Positions 13,601-26,959 of a DNA stretch of 64,000 nt are shown piece by piece (the first letter of the stretch is position 1; the number at the start of each line of letters is the position of its first letter). This stretch comes from Pristiophorus japonicus (taxonomy: Eukaryota), in NCBI RefSeq assembly GCF_044704955.1, contig NC_091997.1, positions 62,372,001-62,436,000 on the forward strand, given 5' to 3'. The position numbers were made by a program, and so were the translations under genes. The notes under the pieces were generated by a model. That model was not told the DNA's origin, searched no databases, and saw only the letters and a list, made by a program, of their open reading frames with translations.

Positions 13601-13775
13601 GACCAAGCTTTTGGTCACCTGCGCTAATTTCTACTTATGCGGCTCGGTGTCAAATTTTTATCACATAATACTCCTGTGAAGCGCCTTGGGACATTACACT
13701 ATGTTAAGGCTCGAGGGGCTGAATGGCCTACTCCTGCTCCTATTTCTTATGTTCTTATATAAATACAAGTTGTTA
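10610..13775 (+). mobile_element. L2 LINE, near-complete decayed ORF2 (AP endonuclease + RT)
   Basis: ALTET, GGGVAL, YRPP, DFN, SDH motifs; NYRPISN, LDLSVAFDTVDH, PQGSILGP, YADDTQLY, SRLDYSNALL; many stops and frameshifts. Confidence 0.93.
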
Positions 13776-14094
13776 TTTTCCATCACTGCCAGGGTCTGAC
13801 CAGATGGCTGCGTATCTCCAGCATGCCGGTGTTTATCTCTGCTCACTAGCTAGTTTGAACTTAAAAGGATTAACAACAAATTCCATTGACATTTGTGGCT
13901 GGGCTACTGGTTAATCAAGAGATTTCGTTCATGTAACACCAAATAGCCTCCTCTGTCCACACAGAAATCTCATGGGCACCTTGACGCAGCTTTGGTCAAT
14001 ATCTGGCCAATCACAGGTGCACTTGTGGGTGTAACCATGTTGGTGATTGAATTCCAGATTTTAGCACTGGCATTGAAGAAATCCCACAGTTAGA

Positions 14095-14875
14095 TCAATG
14101 AACTGGTCAGGTGGGCAGAACAGAATTCATTCCGGAGAAGTGTAAGGTAATGCTAACAAGGCAAGGGGATACACAATAAATGGTAGGACACTGAAGTGTA
14201 GAGGAACAGACCTTGGAGTGCATGTCCACAGATCCCTGAAGGTCGCAGGCCAGGTAGATAAGGTGGTTAAGGAGGCATATGGAATACTTGCCTTTATTAG
14301 CTGAGGTATAGAATACAAGAGCAGGGAGGTTATGCTTGAACTGTATAAAACACTGGTTAGGCCACAGCTAGAATCCTGCATGCAGTTCTGGTCGCCACAT
14401 TACAGGAACGATGTGATTGCAGTAGAGAGGGTACAGAGGAAATTTACAAGGATGTTGCCTGGACTGGAGAGTTTTAGCTCTGAGGAGAGATTGGATAGGC
14501 TGGGGTTGGTTCTTTTTGGAACAGAGGAGGCTGAGGGGAGATCTTATTGAGGTGTATAAAATTATACGGGCCTATTTCCCTTAGCAGAGGGGTCAAGAAC
14601 CAGGGGGCATAGATTTAAAGTAATTGGGAGGAGGTTTAGAGGGGATTTATTTTTACAGAGGGTGGTGGGGGCCTGGAATTCACTGCACTGAAATGGTGGA
14701 GGCAGGAATCCTCACTGCATTTAAAGGACTTGGATGTGCATTTGAAGTGCCATATCCTACAAGGCTATGGACCAATAGCTGGAAAGTGGGATTAGGCTGG
14801 ATAGCTCTTTGTCAGCCAGCACGGATACGATGGGCTGAATGGTCTCCTTCCGTGCTGTAAATTTCTATGATTCTA
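14095..14875 (+). mobile_element. CR1 LINE 3' fragment
   Basis: LELYKTLVRPQLESCMQFWSPHY; ttctatgattcta tail. Confidence 0.92.
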
Positions 14876-15404
14876 AAGTGCATGCTGAAAGGAGATAACA
14901 TATTGTTTGGACAAGAGGAGAAATAGTGTGTCCTGTTGTATTAAATTTGTTTTTAATTCACTTCCTGTGGAATTCCCTGGATTATTTAAAGCTGACAGTG
15001 GTTGGAGATTGCCAGCCAGGAAATGGCAGTGCAGAACAAGCAAGCACTGCGAATACTACACTGCATCTTTGCCACTGTGCACCTTCTCTCAAAAAAGAAC
15101 GAAAGTAAATGTTCCCTGTTCCCACTACCAGGTGGAAGTAATGTGGACCATTCACCCGGGTTTGAGCCTGTAATCGTGCAGTTCCCCAATGGCTCGGAGT
15201 TTATCCAGCGAGTTCCTGGGCTTTGGTGTTTGCTGCGTTAGGATGCATTTAAGGAGCGTGTCACTAGGATTCTAGCTTGGTTGCAGTGGCAGGGAGTGGG
15301 GACCCCCTAGGATTGGGCATTGCATGAAGCAAAACTCGCACAGTGCGACATAGGTTTAACCAGTGCATGGGTCCCCTTTGCTGGAGCGGCGCTCTCTGTA
15401 TGGT

Positions 15405-16773
15405 AAACATCTGTGGTTGGTAAAATGTTGGAGTCCATTATTAAAGAAGTAGTAGCAGGACATTTGGAAAAGCAAAATTTGGTCAGCATGGGTTTATGAA
15501 GGGGAAGTCATGTTTGACAAGTTTGCTGGAGTTCTTTGAGGATGTAACGAACAGGGTGGATAAAGGGGAACCAGTGGATGTGGTGTATTTGGACTTCCAG
15601 AAGGCATTTGACAAGGTGCCACATAAAAGGTTACTGCACAAGATAAAAGTTCACAGGGTTGGGGGTAATATATTAGCATGGATAGAGGATTGGCTAACGA
15701 ACAGAAAACAGAGTCGGGATAAATGGTTCATTCTCTGGTTGGCGACCAGTAACTAGTGGGGTGCCGCAGGGATCAGTGCTGGGACCCCAACTATTTACAA
15801 TCTATATTAACGACTTGGAAGAAGGAACTGAGTGTAACGTAGTCAAGTTTGCTGACGATACAAAGATTGGAGAAAGGGTAATGTGTGAGGAGGACACAAA
15901 GGGGCTGCAGGAGGACATAGACAGGCTAAGTGAGTGGGCAAGAATTTGGCAGATGGAGTATAATGTTGGAAAATTGAAGTCATGCACTTTGGCAGAAAAA
16001 ATTCAAAGAGCAAGTTATTATTTAAATGGTGATTGATTGCAAAGTGCTGCAGTACAGTGGGACCTGGGGGTACTTGTGCATGAAACACAAAAGGATAGTA
16101 TGCAGGTACAGCAAGTGATCAGGAAGGCCAATGGTATCTTGGCCTTTATTGCAAAGGGGATGTAGTATAAAAGCAGGGAAGTCTTGTTACAGCTGTACAG
16201 GGTATTGGTGAGGCCACACCTGGAGTACTGCGTGCAGTTTTAGTTTCCATATTTACGAAAGGATATACTTGCTTTGGAGGCAGTTCAGAGAAGGTTCACT
16301 CGGTTGATTCCGGGGATGAGGGGGTTGACTTATGAGGAAAGATTGAGTAGGTTGGGCCTCTACTCATTGGAATTCAGAAGAATGAGAGGTGATCTTATAA
16401 AAACGTATAAGATTATGAGGGGGCTTGACAAGGTGGATGCAGAGAGGATGTCTCCACTGATGGGGGAGACTAGAACTAGAGGGCATAATCTTAGGATATG
16501 GGGCCGCCCATTTAAAACAGAAAGGAGGGGAAATTTCTTCTCTCAGAGGGTTGTGGATCTGTGGAATTCACTGCCTCCGAGAGCTGTGGAATAAATTTAA
16601 GCCAGAAATAGACAGTTTCTTAAACGATAAGGGAATAAAGGGTTATGGGGAACGGGCAGGGAAGTAGAGCTGAGTCCATAATCAGATCAACCATGTCTTA
16701 CTGAATGACGGAGCAGGCTCAAGGGGCCGTATGGCCTACTCCTGCTCCTATTTCTTATGTTCTTACGTTCTTA
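15405..16773 (+). mobile_element. CR1 LINE, RT through 3' tail
   Basis: KSCLTSLLEFFE, YLDFQKAFDKVPH, PQGSVLGP, FADDTK; (ttcttatg)n tail. Confidence 0.95.
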
Positions 16774-17089
16774 TAAGTACACAGCTCTCTCCTGTCTGGA
16801 TTGGAGCCAGTCAGTATAAACACACGCCGCTTGGATGGAGCCTGTACTGTAATTGCTGGTCTCGAGTGTCAGTGCACCTTGGATGGTTCAGCTCAAGCAT
16901 TGCTGGCCAAAAGCTCTGGCTGCAAGCTCGTACTCGGGACCTTTGTCTTCACATTGTGAAGGTCTTGCTGTGCAGGTTCTGTGCGTTGTCCCCATTGCAC
17001 AGAAAAGTTCTGCAGAATGTGGCAGACAACCACAATGTGGGAAACGCTATAGCAGCGAAAGTGTTTGATCAGTCCGATGGTGCTCTCGA

Positions 17090-17306
17090 TGGTGGGTCGG
17101 GGGTCCGGGGGTCCGGCAAGTTGGGGTCGGGGGAGTCTGGTGAGTCGGGGAAAGGTGGGTCAGGGTAAGGCGGGTCGGAGGTCCTGCGGGTCGGGGGTCC
17201 AGGGGGTCGGGAGATCCGACGGGTCGGCGGTCTGGAGAGTCGAGGGGTCTGGCGGATTGGGGTTCCGGGGGGTTGGGGGGACAGGGGTCCGGCGGGTCGG
17301 GGGTCT
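17090..17306. repeat. G-rich low-complexity repeat (ggggtc/gggtcg)
   Basis: Degenerate short tandem units. Confidence 0.7.
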
Positions 17307-17889
17307 AGTGTGTCTCCATTCAGGAGGCAAGCGTGGATTTAAGCGAGGTGTTATGCACTGAGGGTAAAGAGATCAGCCCTTGTCCCAAAGCAGCCAGCCT
17401 CTTGCTGTGCTGGGTCAAAGAGTGAGGGGATGAGTGACTGGCACATTTATGTAGGCACCATGAACGCTGCTAGGAAACCAGGCACATACTTACATGATGC
17501 GCTGGTGATGGTCACTCAGCAGCTGGACAGCCATTGCCAAGACAAATGTTGATAAAATGCAGCCAGTGAATTGAAGTCAGGTTCCACTGATCTGAGTGCT
17601 GGCCGGTGAGTGCCCCTTTAAATAACGCTTCCAAATGGCCTTTCCAATTTGTGCCACCTTCTGGTGGGCAACAGGTCCGCCCTTCTGAAAGCTCCCCTCC
17701 AAACGGTGACTGGGAGTGCAGAGAGCGGTAAGGACATCAGAGACAGAGCGGTAAGTACAGCGGAGAGTGAGTAATAAGTACAGAGCTGCGATTTTTGGAG
17801 TGTCGTGATTTTTGAAGGCCGTTAAAATCGACCCCATGGAGTCTGAATGTGGAGCTCAGCTCAGTGAAAGATTCGACGCCAGTCTTTTT

Positions 17890-18290
17890 GCCCAAAGCAA
17901 GCGCTCTACTCGGAACTCCTTCACGGCAAACAAGCCAAAGGTGGGCAGAGGAAACGCTAGAAGGACACGCTCAAAGCCTCCCTGATAAAGTGCAACATCC
18001 CCACCGACACCTGGGAGTCCCTGGCCAGAGACCGCCCTAAGTGGAGGAAGAGCATCCGGGAGGGCGCTGAGCACCTCGAGTCTCATTGCCGAGAGCATGC
18101 AGAAACCAGGTGCAGGCAGCGGAAGGAGCGTGCGGCAAACCTGTCCCACCCACCCCTTCCCTCAACCACTGTCTGTCCCACCTGTGACAGGGACTGTGGT
18201 TCTCGTATTGGGCTGTTCAACCACCTAAGGACTCATGTTTAAAGTGGAAGCAAGCCTTGATTCTGAGGGACTGCCTATGATGATGATGAA
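17890..18290 (+). mobile_element. RTE LINE 3' fragment
   Basis: Matches 3755-4115 and 60534-60912; ends gggactgcctatgatgatgatg. Confidence 0.92.
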
Positions 18291-19339
18291 CCAGTTGAAC
18301 AGCTAGATAAGGGCTGTAAAACTGTCTCTAAACTAAAAGCAACAAATTCTAAAAAGCTGCGAAGAGCTCAGAGGGCTAGGGTTTAAATGAATGGTAGGTA
18401 TTCCATGCAATGACACTACTGAGATCTTCAAACAATTTGAGAATTATATCACACAAAAGTAAGAATTCTTCACCTTCACAATGGAGATATCTGGGAGATA
18501 TCGTATGGGAAATCCAAACCATTCCTGGTACAAAGCTTCTTTAAATGCTGCTCTTTTCTTTAATATGTGAGAATCGTCTGTAAGAGTGAAGTATCTAATA
18601 TTGAATACTGGGATGTCCATGTCTCTGGGGTAGAGCAGCACAAGGTTGGCCAGCTGTGTGTGCCTCAGTTAAGTGGCTATTCATCATGTATGAGTCGACA
18701 CACTGAGTGTCAGTTGTTAATGGACCATGGAGACTCTCTCAAATTACTTTCGCAGTGAGCAAGAAAGTTATATCCCAGGCATTGAATCTATGGATCCCCC
18801 TGCTCCCAGACACCGGCTTGTACTGAAGGATGACACCACGCCCAACACTGCTCGTCCGAGACAGCCCCAGGTGGGGGTTATACCAGTCACGGCCTGCTAC
18901 TTTGTGGGTCAGGGGTGAATTTGTGTACGGCTTTCTCCCACGCACCTGCCCACTGACGCTCCGGTGATGGAAGAAGCATGAAACCCCCAGAAAAACATCA
19001 TCTTTCGAGCCCGTCTGACCTGCTGAGAGGGGGCTGCTATTCCGACCGCTGCTCCATTGGTTATTGGGCCCTGGCTGTCAGGAATGTGCAACCCAGCTCG
19101 CTTTTCACCCTGTTTCCCAGCTCGACACTTTCTTTGTTTTTCTCTCCAGCTTTCTGCCCTAGATTTCCCCTTCCCCCTCCCCTCCCTTCCCCCTCCCCTC
19201 CCCTCCCTTCCCCCTCCCCTCCCCTCCCTTCCCCCTCCCCTCCCCTCCCTTCCCTCTGGCTCCTCACTCAGCTCAGTTCCATGGTCACTGCTGCCCTCCG
19301 GGCCTCATCCAAGTGCCGATCGATTATCCGTGAACCTTA

Positions 19340-19550
19340 ACAGTGAGTGTCGGCAAGCTATTCAACTGCAGGGGCATCTCAGCTAGCCTGATTCTGTCCT
19401 CATCCAATATTGCGGCAGTGGTTGCTGCAGAGCGAACCTTGACTGATGCGTTTCCCTCCCCACCCCAGAGGTACTGAGGCTAGTTCTGGCTCCTTGAGTA
19501 CCAGGGACTGAAGCCAGGACAGTCGTGGACTGAGCTCTCACTCAATGCGC
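19340..19550 (-). mobile_element. Decayed SINE-like repeat (family B)
   Basis: gtgagtgtcggcaagctattc and ctgtcctca segments shared with 62660-62770, 23940-24010 and 28985-29000. Confidence 0.6.
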
Positions 19551-19769
19551 TCCCTGAGCCAGCGAGGCCGGCGGCTCCAAAGTTAAAAATGTTCTAACAT
19601 GCTCTGTGTGGATATAAGAGACTTTGGGGAGCTTTACAAATTAGAACTTTCCACAACAGGAATTTGGGTTCGGAGATCAGTGCACCACACATGGCTTCCT
19701 GTTAGCCCTGGGATCCTTAGAATTTACATCACAGAAGGAGGCCAATCAGTCCATCGTACCTGTACCAAA

Positions 19770-19885
19770 GAAAAAAAGGATTGCGTTTCTATAGCGCCTT
19801 TCATGGCCCCAGGACATCCCAAAATGCCTTACAGCCAATTAAATACTTTTGAAGTGCAGCCATTCTTGTCATGTAGGGAATGCTA
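19770..19885 (-). mobile_element. Deu-domain SINE 3' fragment
   Basis: Same tail as 200-306. Confidence 0.75.
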
Positions 19886-20258
19886 GCCATCCACTTAGCT
19901 CCATTCCCACCTTTCCCCAATTACATAGATTACCTGCTGCCCATGCTGTATCCTGGTGAGATTGGAACTGTGTATGTGTGTGGTGTTCCCTGGATGTGAT
20001 TCCCATTCCCGGCGGTTTGGATTGTGTGTGTCAGAGCTCCTCTATTTAAATGGCATCAGCTCACTCCTTGATTTATCTCATCGTCCTCTGCTCTTTCCAG
20101 CCTTGCCGCTGGCTTTCACTGTGGGCTTTGCTTCTTCATCTAAGCTTTACACAATCCCAATGCCCACTTACTCCTCCTCAGTAACAGCCCAGTGCAGACA
20201 GATTACATGAGCAGCCCTGTGCACTTCAGACCAATGGAAGAAATTGGCAGCACAGTCA

Positions 20259-20897
20259 GGGAGGGCACTGTCCCAAGGTGCTGTGTTGGGGAGGGGAGTG
20301 ACACAGGGTGCTGTGTTGGGGAGGGGAGTGACATAGGGTGCTGTGTTGGGGAGGGCAATGCCCCAAGGTGCTGTGTTGGGGAGGGGAGTGACACAGCGTG
20401 CTGTGTTGGGGAGGGGAGTGACACAGGGTGCTGTGTTGGGGAGGGGAGTGACACAGGGTGCTGTGTTGGGGAGGGGAGTGACACAGGGTGCTGTGTTGGG
20501 GAGGGGAGTAACACAGGGTGCTGTGTTGGGGAGGGCACTGTCCCAAGGTGCTGTGTTGGGGAGGGCACTGTCCCAAGGTGCTGTGTTGGGGAGGGCACTG
20601 TCCCAAGGTGCTGTGTTGGGGAGGGGAGTGACACAGGGTGCTGTGTTGGGAGGGGAGTGACACAGGGTGCTGTGTTGGGGAGGGGAGTGACACAGGGTGC
20701 TGTGTTGGGGAGGGGAGTGACACAGGGTGCTGTGTTGGGAGGGGAGTGACACAGGGTGCTGTGTTGGGAGGGGAGTGACACAGGGTGCTGTGTTGGGGAG
20801 TGACGCACTGACACAGGGTGCTGTGTTGGGGAAGGGAGTGACACAGGGTGCTGTGTTGGGAGGGGAGTGACACACTGATACAGGGTGCTGTGTTGGG
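20259..20897. repeat. Minisatellite, 30-bp unit (ctgtgttggggaggggagtgacacagggtg)
   Basis: About 21 copies, two unit variants. Confidence 0.97.
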
Positions 20898-21596
20898 CAT
20901 ACCTGAGCTCTCAGATCACTGGAGATCCGCGGGTGAAGCTGATGATGTTCACCTTTGAACCAAACCTCTTTCTATTGCAGGAATGGTAGAGACCAGGCTG
21001 ATGGTATTGTAAAGAAAAACAAAGAGCAACATCATTGTTTGAATGAATTGACAGCATTGAGTGGCTGAGCTGGGACCTGTTAACCTTGTCGGGTCAAGTT
21101 ACTGAGAGCTGAAAGGCAGGCTACAGGGGGATTCGTTCTCCAGTGACATTGATCATGGCTGTGATCAAAGGGCAGGCTAGCTGTGTGAGTAAATATAATT
21201 GACCATCAACCTGTGTGTGTGTGCGCCCTGCTGGGGCTGGCTGGGAAATGTCCAGGATCTGTCAGAGCAGTGATCCAGGAGTAGAGTGTCCATTACTCCA
21301 CTCAAAGTACATAAAGACACATCACGCGTTTAAGTGTTTTGGCAGAATCTGCATTCTGATACTTAGTTAAAATGAAGGCCATTCAGCTTCAGCATAAAGT
21401 ACTAATCAGCGAGCTGCTGTCTGACAAATGGGTGTCTGGGTTTTCATATTCTCAGTGCTCCAGCAAACAACGTTAGTGTTTCCCATCGTTTGGGCTGGTG
21501 ATTACAGACAGTAACCTGTTTGATCCATTGTGCAAAATGAAGTAAAGAGCAGCTAAAATTGTCTGTCCTAGCAGCTTCAGTGTATAAAGTACCAGT

Positions 21597-23832
21597 GTGG
21601 TGAGATGCTGAGCGCTACGGACCGGGGGTATACCGCCTGGTGAGGTACTGAGCCCCACGGACCGGGGATATACTGTCTGGTGAGGTACTGAGCGCTACAG
21701 ACCAGGGGTATACTGTCTGGTGAGGTACTGAGCGCTACGGCCTGGGGGTATACTGTCTGGTGAGGTACTGAGCCCCACGGACCGGGGGTATACTGTCTGG
21801 TGAGGTACTGAGCGCTGCAGACCAGGGGTATACTGTCTGGTGAGGTACTGAGCCCCACGGACCGGGGGTATACTGTCTGGTGAGGTACTGAGCGCTACGG
21901 ACCGGAGGTATACCGCCTGGTGAGGTACTGAGCCCCACGGACCGGGGGTATACTGTCTGGTGAGGTACTGAGCGCTACAGACCAAGGGTATACTGTCTGG
22001 TGAGGTACTGAGCCCCACGGACCGGGGGTATACTGTCTGGTGAGGTACTGAGCGCTACGGACCGGGGGTATACTGCCTGGTGAGATACTGAGCGCTACGG
22101 ACCGGGAGTATACCGCATGGTGAGATACTGAGCGCTACGGACCGGGGGTATACTGCCTGGTGAGATACTGAGTGCTACGGACCGGGGGTATACTGTCTGG
22201 TGAGGTACTGAGCGCTACGGACCGGGGGTATACTGTCTGGTGAGGTACTGAGCCCCACGGACTGGGGGTATACTGCCTGGAGAGGTACTGAGCCCCACGG
22301 ACCGGGGGTATACTGCCTGGAGAGGTACTGAGCGCTACGGACCGGGAATATACCGCCTGGTGAGATACTGAGCCCCACGGACCGGGGATATACTGTCTGG
22401 TGAGGTACTGAGCGCTACGGACCGGGGGTATACCGCCTGGTGAGATACTGAGCCCCATGGACCGGGGGTATACTGCCTGGAGAGGTACTGAGCGCTACGG
22501 ACTGGGGTTATACTGTCTGGTGAGGTACTGAACGCTACGGACCGGGGGTATACCGCCTGGTGAGATACTGAGCCCCACGGACCGGGGGTATACCGCCTGG
22601 TGAGATATTGAGCCCCACGGACCGGGGGTATACTGTCTGGTGAGGTACTGGGCCTACGGACCGGGGGTATACCGCCTGGTGAGGTACTGGGCCTACGGAC
22701 CGGAGGTATACCGCCTGGTGAGGTACTGAGCCTACGGACCGGGCGTATACTGCCTGGTGAGGTACTGGGCCTACGGACCGGGGGTATACCGCCTGGTGAG
22801 GTACTGAGCCTACGGACCGGGGGTATACCGCCTGGTGAGGTACTGAGCCTACGGACCGGGGGTATACCGCCTGGTGAGGTACTGAGCCCTACGGACCGGG
22901 GGTATACCACCTGGTGAGGTACTGAGCCTACGGACCGGGCGTATACTGTCTGGTGAGGTACTGAGCCTACGGACCGGGGGTATACCGCCTGGTGAGGTAC
23001 TGAGCCTACGGACCGGGGGTATACCGCCTGGTGAGGTACTGAGCCCCATGGACCGGGGGTATACTGCCTGGAGAGGTACTGAGCGCTACGGACTGGGGTT
23101 ATACTGTCTGGTGAGGTACTGAACGCTACGGACCGGGGGTATACCGCCTGGTGAGATACTGAGCCCCACGGACCGGGGGTATACCGCCTGGTGAGATATT
23201 GAGCCCCACGGACCGGGGGTATACTGTCTGGTGAGGTACTGGGCCTACGGACCGGGGGTATACCGCCTGGTGAGGTACTGGGCCTACGGACCGGAGGTAT
23301 ACCGCCTGGTGAGGTACTGAGCCTACGGACCGGGCGTATACTGCCTGGTGAGGTACTGGGCCTACGGACCGGGGGTATACCGCCTGGTGAGGTACTGGGC
23401 CTACGGACCGGGGGTATACCGCCTGGTGAGGTACTGGGCCTACGGACCGGAGGTATACCGCCTGGTGAGGTACTGAGCCTACGGACCGGGCGTATACTGC
23501 CTGGTGAGGTACTGGGCCTACGGACCGGGGGTATACCGCCTGGTGAGGTACTGAGCCTACGGACCGGGGGTATACCGCCTGGTGAGGTACTGAGCCTACG
23601 GACCGGGGGTATACCGCCTGGTGAGGTACTGAGCCCTACGGACCGGGGGTATACCGCCTGGTGAGGTACTGAGCCCTACGGACCGGGGGTATACCACCTG
23701 GTGAGGTACTGAGCCTACGGACCGGGCGTATACTGTCTGGTGAGGTACTGAGCGCTATGGACCGGGGGTATACTGTCTGGTGAGGTACTGAGCGCTACAG
23801 ACCGGGGGTATACCGCCTGGTGAGGTACTGAG
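21597..23832. repeat. Minisatellite, 39-40-bp unit (tgaggtactgagcgctacggaccgggggtatactgtctgg)
   Basis: More than 50 copies; runs directly into a family-B SINE body. Confidence 0.97.
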
Positions 23833-24080
23833 TCTGCTGATCTCGGCTTGTCCTGAGCCTCCCTGAGCTAGGGAGCCTGGGCTCCCGCTCCTGATCCCTG
23901 CCCAGCCGGGGCGGGTATCCCTGTTAGAGATTAGATGAGAGTAAGAGTTGGACTTAGCCGTGTTGCGCTCCTCCCATGGTTGAATAGTCTGCTATCACTC
24001 ACTGTCCAGACTCACAGTTAGAGTGTGGCTGTTGGGGTAAGGTACTGAGGCACCTATGCCATGGTCTCAGGAGAAGCTAT
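23833..24080 (+). mobile_element. SINE-like family B body
   Basis: gctcctgatc, gaatagtctgc..cactcactgtccagactcaca segments match the reverse complement of 62640-62770. Confidence 0.65.
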
Positions 24081-24440
24081 ACTGAGGTAAGGCAGGATTT
24101 AAAAAAATCTGAGTGTTTGGATAATCTTGTGACATCATGTGCCAGTGCTCATTAAGAATATGTGAGAGTGAGTCACTGCTATCGCCCTCTGTACAAACCT
24201 GGCCCTCTCCGGAGTGATGGAGCAGGTGTGCTGCCAGGCTCTATGTTTTACTGCTGTTGTGACAAAGTGTCTTGTGAATCAGTCATTGGCGTCAGGTCCA
24301 GGAGCTGCTTTCGCTGTGCGATGTGTATCAGACCCTTCTGCTGTTCTGGGGGAGAGGCAGGTATTGCAGCACGATCTGTCGTCGAACGTCACACTGCACT
24401 CTGGGATAGCTGCCGATAACTCTTGTTTTCTTGTCTGCAG

Positions 24441-24497
24441 GTGCTCCTGTCGGGGCTAATTGGTGTTGTTTCCTGGAAAAGACCCATCTCCCTCGTG
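24441..24497 (+). CDS. ENTREP2: ENTREP2/FAM189A1 internal coding exon (VLLSGLIGVVSWKRPISLV)
   Basis: 57 bp, phase 0, pyrimidine tract + cag acceptor, gtaagt donor; peptide nearly identical to the recalled human FAM189A1 transmembrane segment VLLSGLIGVVSWKRPLSLV. Confidence 0.93.
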
Positions 24498-24966
24498 GTA
24501 AGTGATGACATCAATGATGTACACCAGGGCAAGTCAGGGTGCATCCGATTGTATCCGTGCCGTTATGGGAGAGAGAGCGGGCGCATTGATGTCACTTGAG
24601 TGATGCCATCAGCATTAGGAAATGGCTTTGTTAATAATACTAGTGCGAGCGGCTCAAGGAAAGTTAAAGCTTCATTCTTTAATCAGTTACCTGGGGCTTA
24701 TACCAAACGGGAGAGTGAGATCAGCACAGTCACATATCACAGCTCTCCGCAATTACTTGTGGGAATTTTAAAAATCAGCAATACCCAGTCTCCTTTCCAT
24801 GATTCATGTTTCTATTTCCAGATTATACACAGCGTTTGTGGTTGTTGATTTGTGCTCAGAGACTGAGCTATGTGTGTGCCCGAGGCTTTACAGAAACATG
24901 GTCCCTTACATAGCCTGCTGCTCACCACACAGTTACAGGCACAGCTTCAAGTGTCCTGTCTTTACT

Positions 24967-25225
24967 ATTCATTTTCGGGATGTGGGCGTCGCTGGCAAGG
25001 CCGGCATTTATTGCCCATCCCTAGTTGCCCTTGAGAAGGTGGTGGTGAGCCGCCTTCTTGAACCGCTGCAGTCCGTGTGGTGAAGGTGCTCCCACAGTGC
25101 TGTTAGGGAGGGAGTTCCGGATTGTGACCCAGCGACGATGAAGGAACGGCGATATATTTCTGAGTTATAGGATGGTGTGTGACTCGGAAGTGTACTGGTG
25201 TTCGCATGTGCCTGCTGCCCTTGTA
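24967..25225 (-). mobile_element. 3' end of a non-LTR retrotransposon (CR1/L2 group)
   Basis: On -: remnants of WNSLP and RFKKAAHHHLLKGN coding end, then a gggcaataaatgc...cccacatccc tail. Confidence 0.65.
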
Positions 25226-25534
25226 TTAACACCTTATATTAATGTAACAGCGTTTCATAATATTGAATTAATGCCAAAGGATTGGGACTGTGATGGTCGT
25301 TAGCTGCTCTATGGCCTCTCTGTATTTATTTTTCCTCCACCTGTGTTAAGTAGCAATATGTATACAGTGACTAACAGAATGAGGAACGTGTAGCCATGGA
25401 ATAGGAGCTACATAGATTTACACCTTCCTGTGTGTTGGTGAATAAATGAGTAAAGGTTTGTCAAATACATCACAGGTCAACAGCTTCAGAAAGGGAAAAG
25501 ACAAGTTGTTGATCCGGTATCGATTGTTAGCGAT

Positions 25535-26152
25535 CTAGAGGGATAGAATTGAAAAGTAGGGAAGTTATGCTAAACCTGTATCGAACCTTGGTTAGACCAC
25601 ACTTGGAGTATTGTATGCAGTACTGGTTGCCGTATTATTAAAAAGGATATAGAGGCACTGGAGAGGTGGCAGAGAAGATTTACAAGGATGATACCAGAAA
25701 TGCGAGGGTATACATATCAGGAAAGGATGAACAGGCCGGGTCTCTTTTCTCTTGAAAAAAGAAGGCTGAGGGGTGACCTAATAGAGGGCTTTAAAATGAT
25801 GAAAGGTTTTGATGGAGTGGATACAGAGAGAATGTTTCCACTTGTGGGCAAGAGCATAACTAGAGGCCATCAATATCAGACAGTCACCAAGAAATCCAAT
25901 GGAGAATTCAGGAGAAACTTCTTTACCCAGAGAGGGGTGAGAATGTGGAACTCGCTGCCACAGGGAGGGGTTGAGGCGAATAGTATCGATGTATTTAAGG
26001 GGAGGCTGGACAAGCGTATGGGGGAGAAGGGAATAGAGTGTTATGCTGATAGGGTTAGATGGGGAAAGACGGGAGGGGGCTCGAGTGGAGCATAAACACC
26101 GGCGTGGCCTGGTTGGGACTAATGGCCTGTTTCTGTGCCGTATATCCTATGT
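25535..26152 (+). mobile_element. CR1 LINE 3' fragment
   Basis: LFSLEKRRLRGDLIE, NFFTQRGVRMWNSLP. Confidence 0.92.
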
Positions 26153-26959
26153 TCGTCAAAGAGTTTTAACTTAAATTATTAACCCAGCTTTTTATTTCCA
26201 GCATTGGTTGCTTCTGTTTCTTGTTAAATTTCACATATCCATGAACAAGTGTGTAAAAACGTAACATAATTATTCTCTTATTTAACTACTATCTTATTTC
26301 ATCATTGAAACACCTCTGGATGTTTCACACAGTGATTACTTCGGCTGCAGCCATTGGCAACAAAAGCCAAGAGCTGTTTGGTATTCCATAAACTTGTGGA
26401 GTTACTATAGAGGCACCTATTACAGGCGGTGAATCTGATTTAAGCCACGCGCTTTGTCTGATGCCATCAGTAATATCCGTGTTGCTTTGTATGGACGTGA
26501 GAAGCTGGACTAAATGTGATTTTTTTATATTGCATGCTGCAAGGATGAGTGTCTCTTCTGACACTTGGTGATTGGCCAGAAATAGACAGCAGGTGACCAG
26601 CGATGGAGAGAGGGTCAGGTTAATGTTCTCAGAATGAAATCTGTTGTGTCTCTTATTTTCGCCTTGATGCTGGGCACAGGGAATTCTCTGTTCCCGGTGT
26701 CCAGGGCTGTCACGGGCTACTGGGGATTTCAAAATGAAAGACCCATTGTCCCTAATACAGAGAGAGCAATGGCACGAGGCAAGGTGGGAGATTTCAAAAA
26801 CACAGACACCTCTGTTTACAGCAATGGATCAGCTTCTTCTTTAAGTGATAGTAATTGTACGCATTGCTACAGATTTAATGCAGGGTGTAGGAATAAACAG
26901 TCATTAAATAAATTAATTAATCAAAAACACATATATTCAGCAAACAGGACCAGGCAGAA

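Noticed and set aside
21597-23832. CRISPR-like regular repeats (also 61312-62636 and 63162-64000)
   Set aside because: Units are head-to-tail with no unique spacers, there are no cas genes, and the context is a eukaryotic intron
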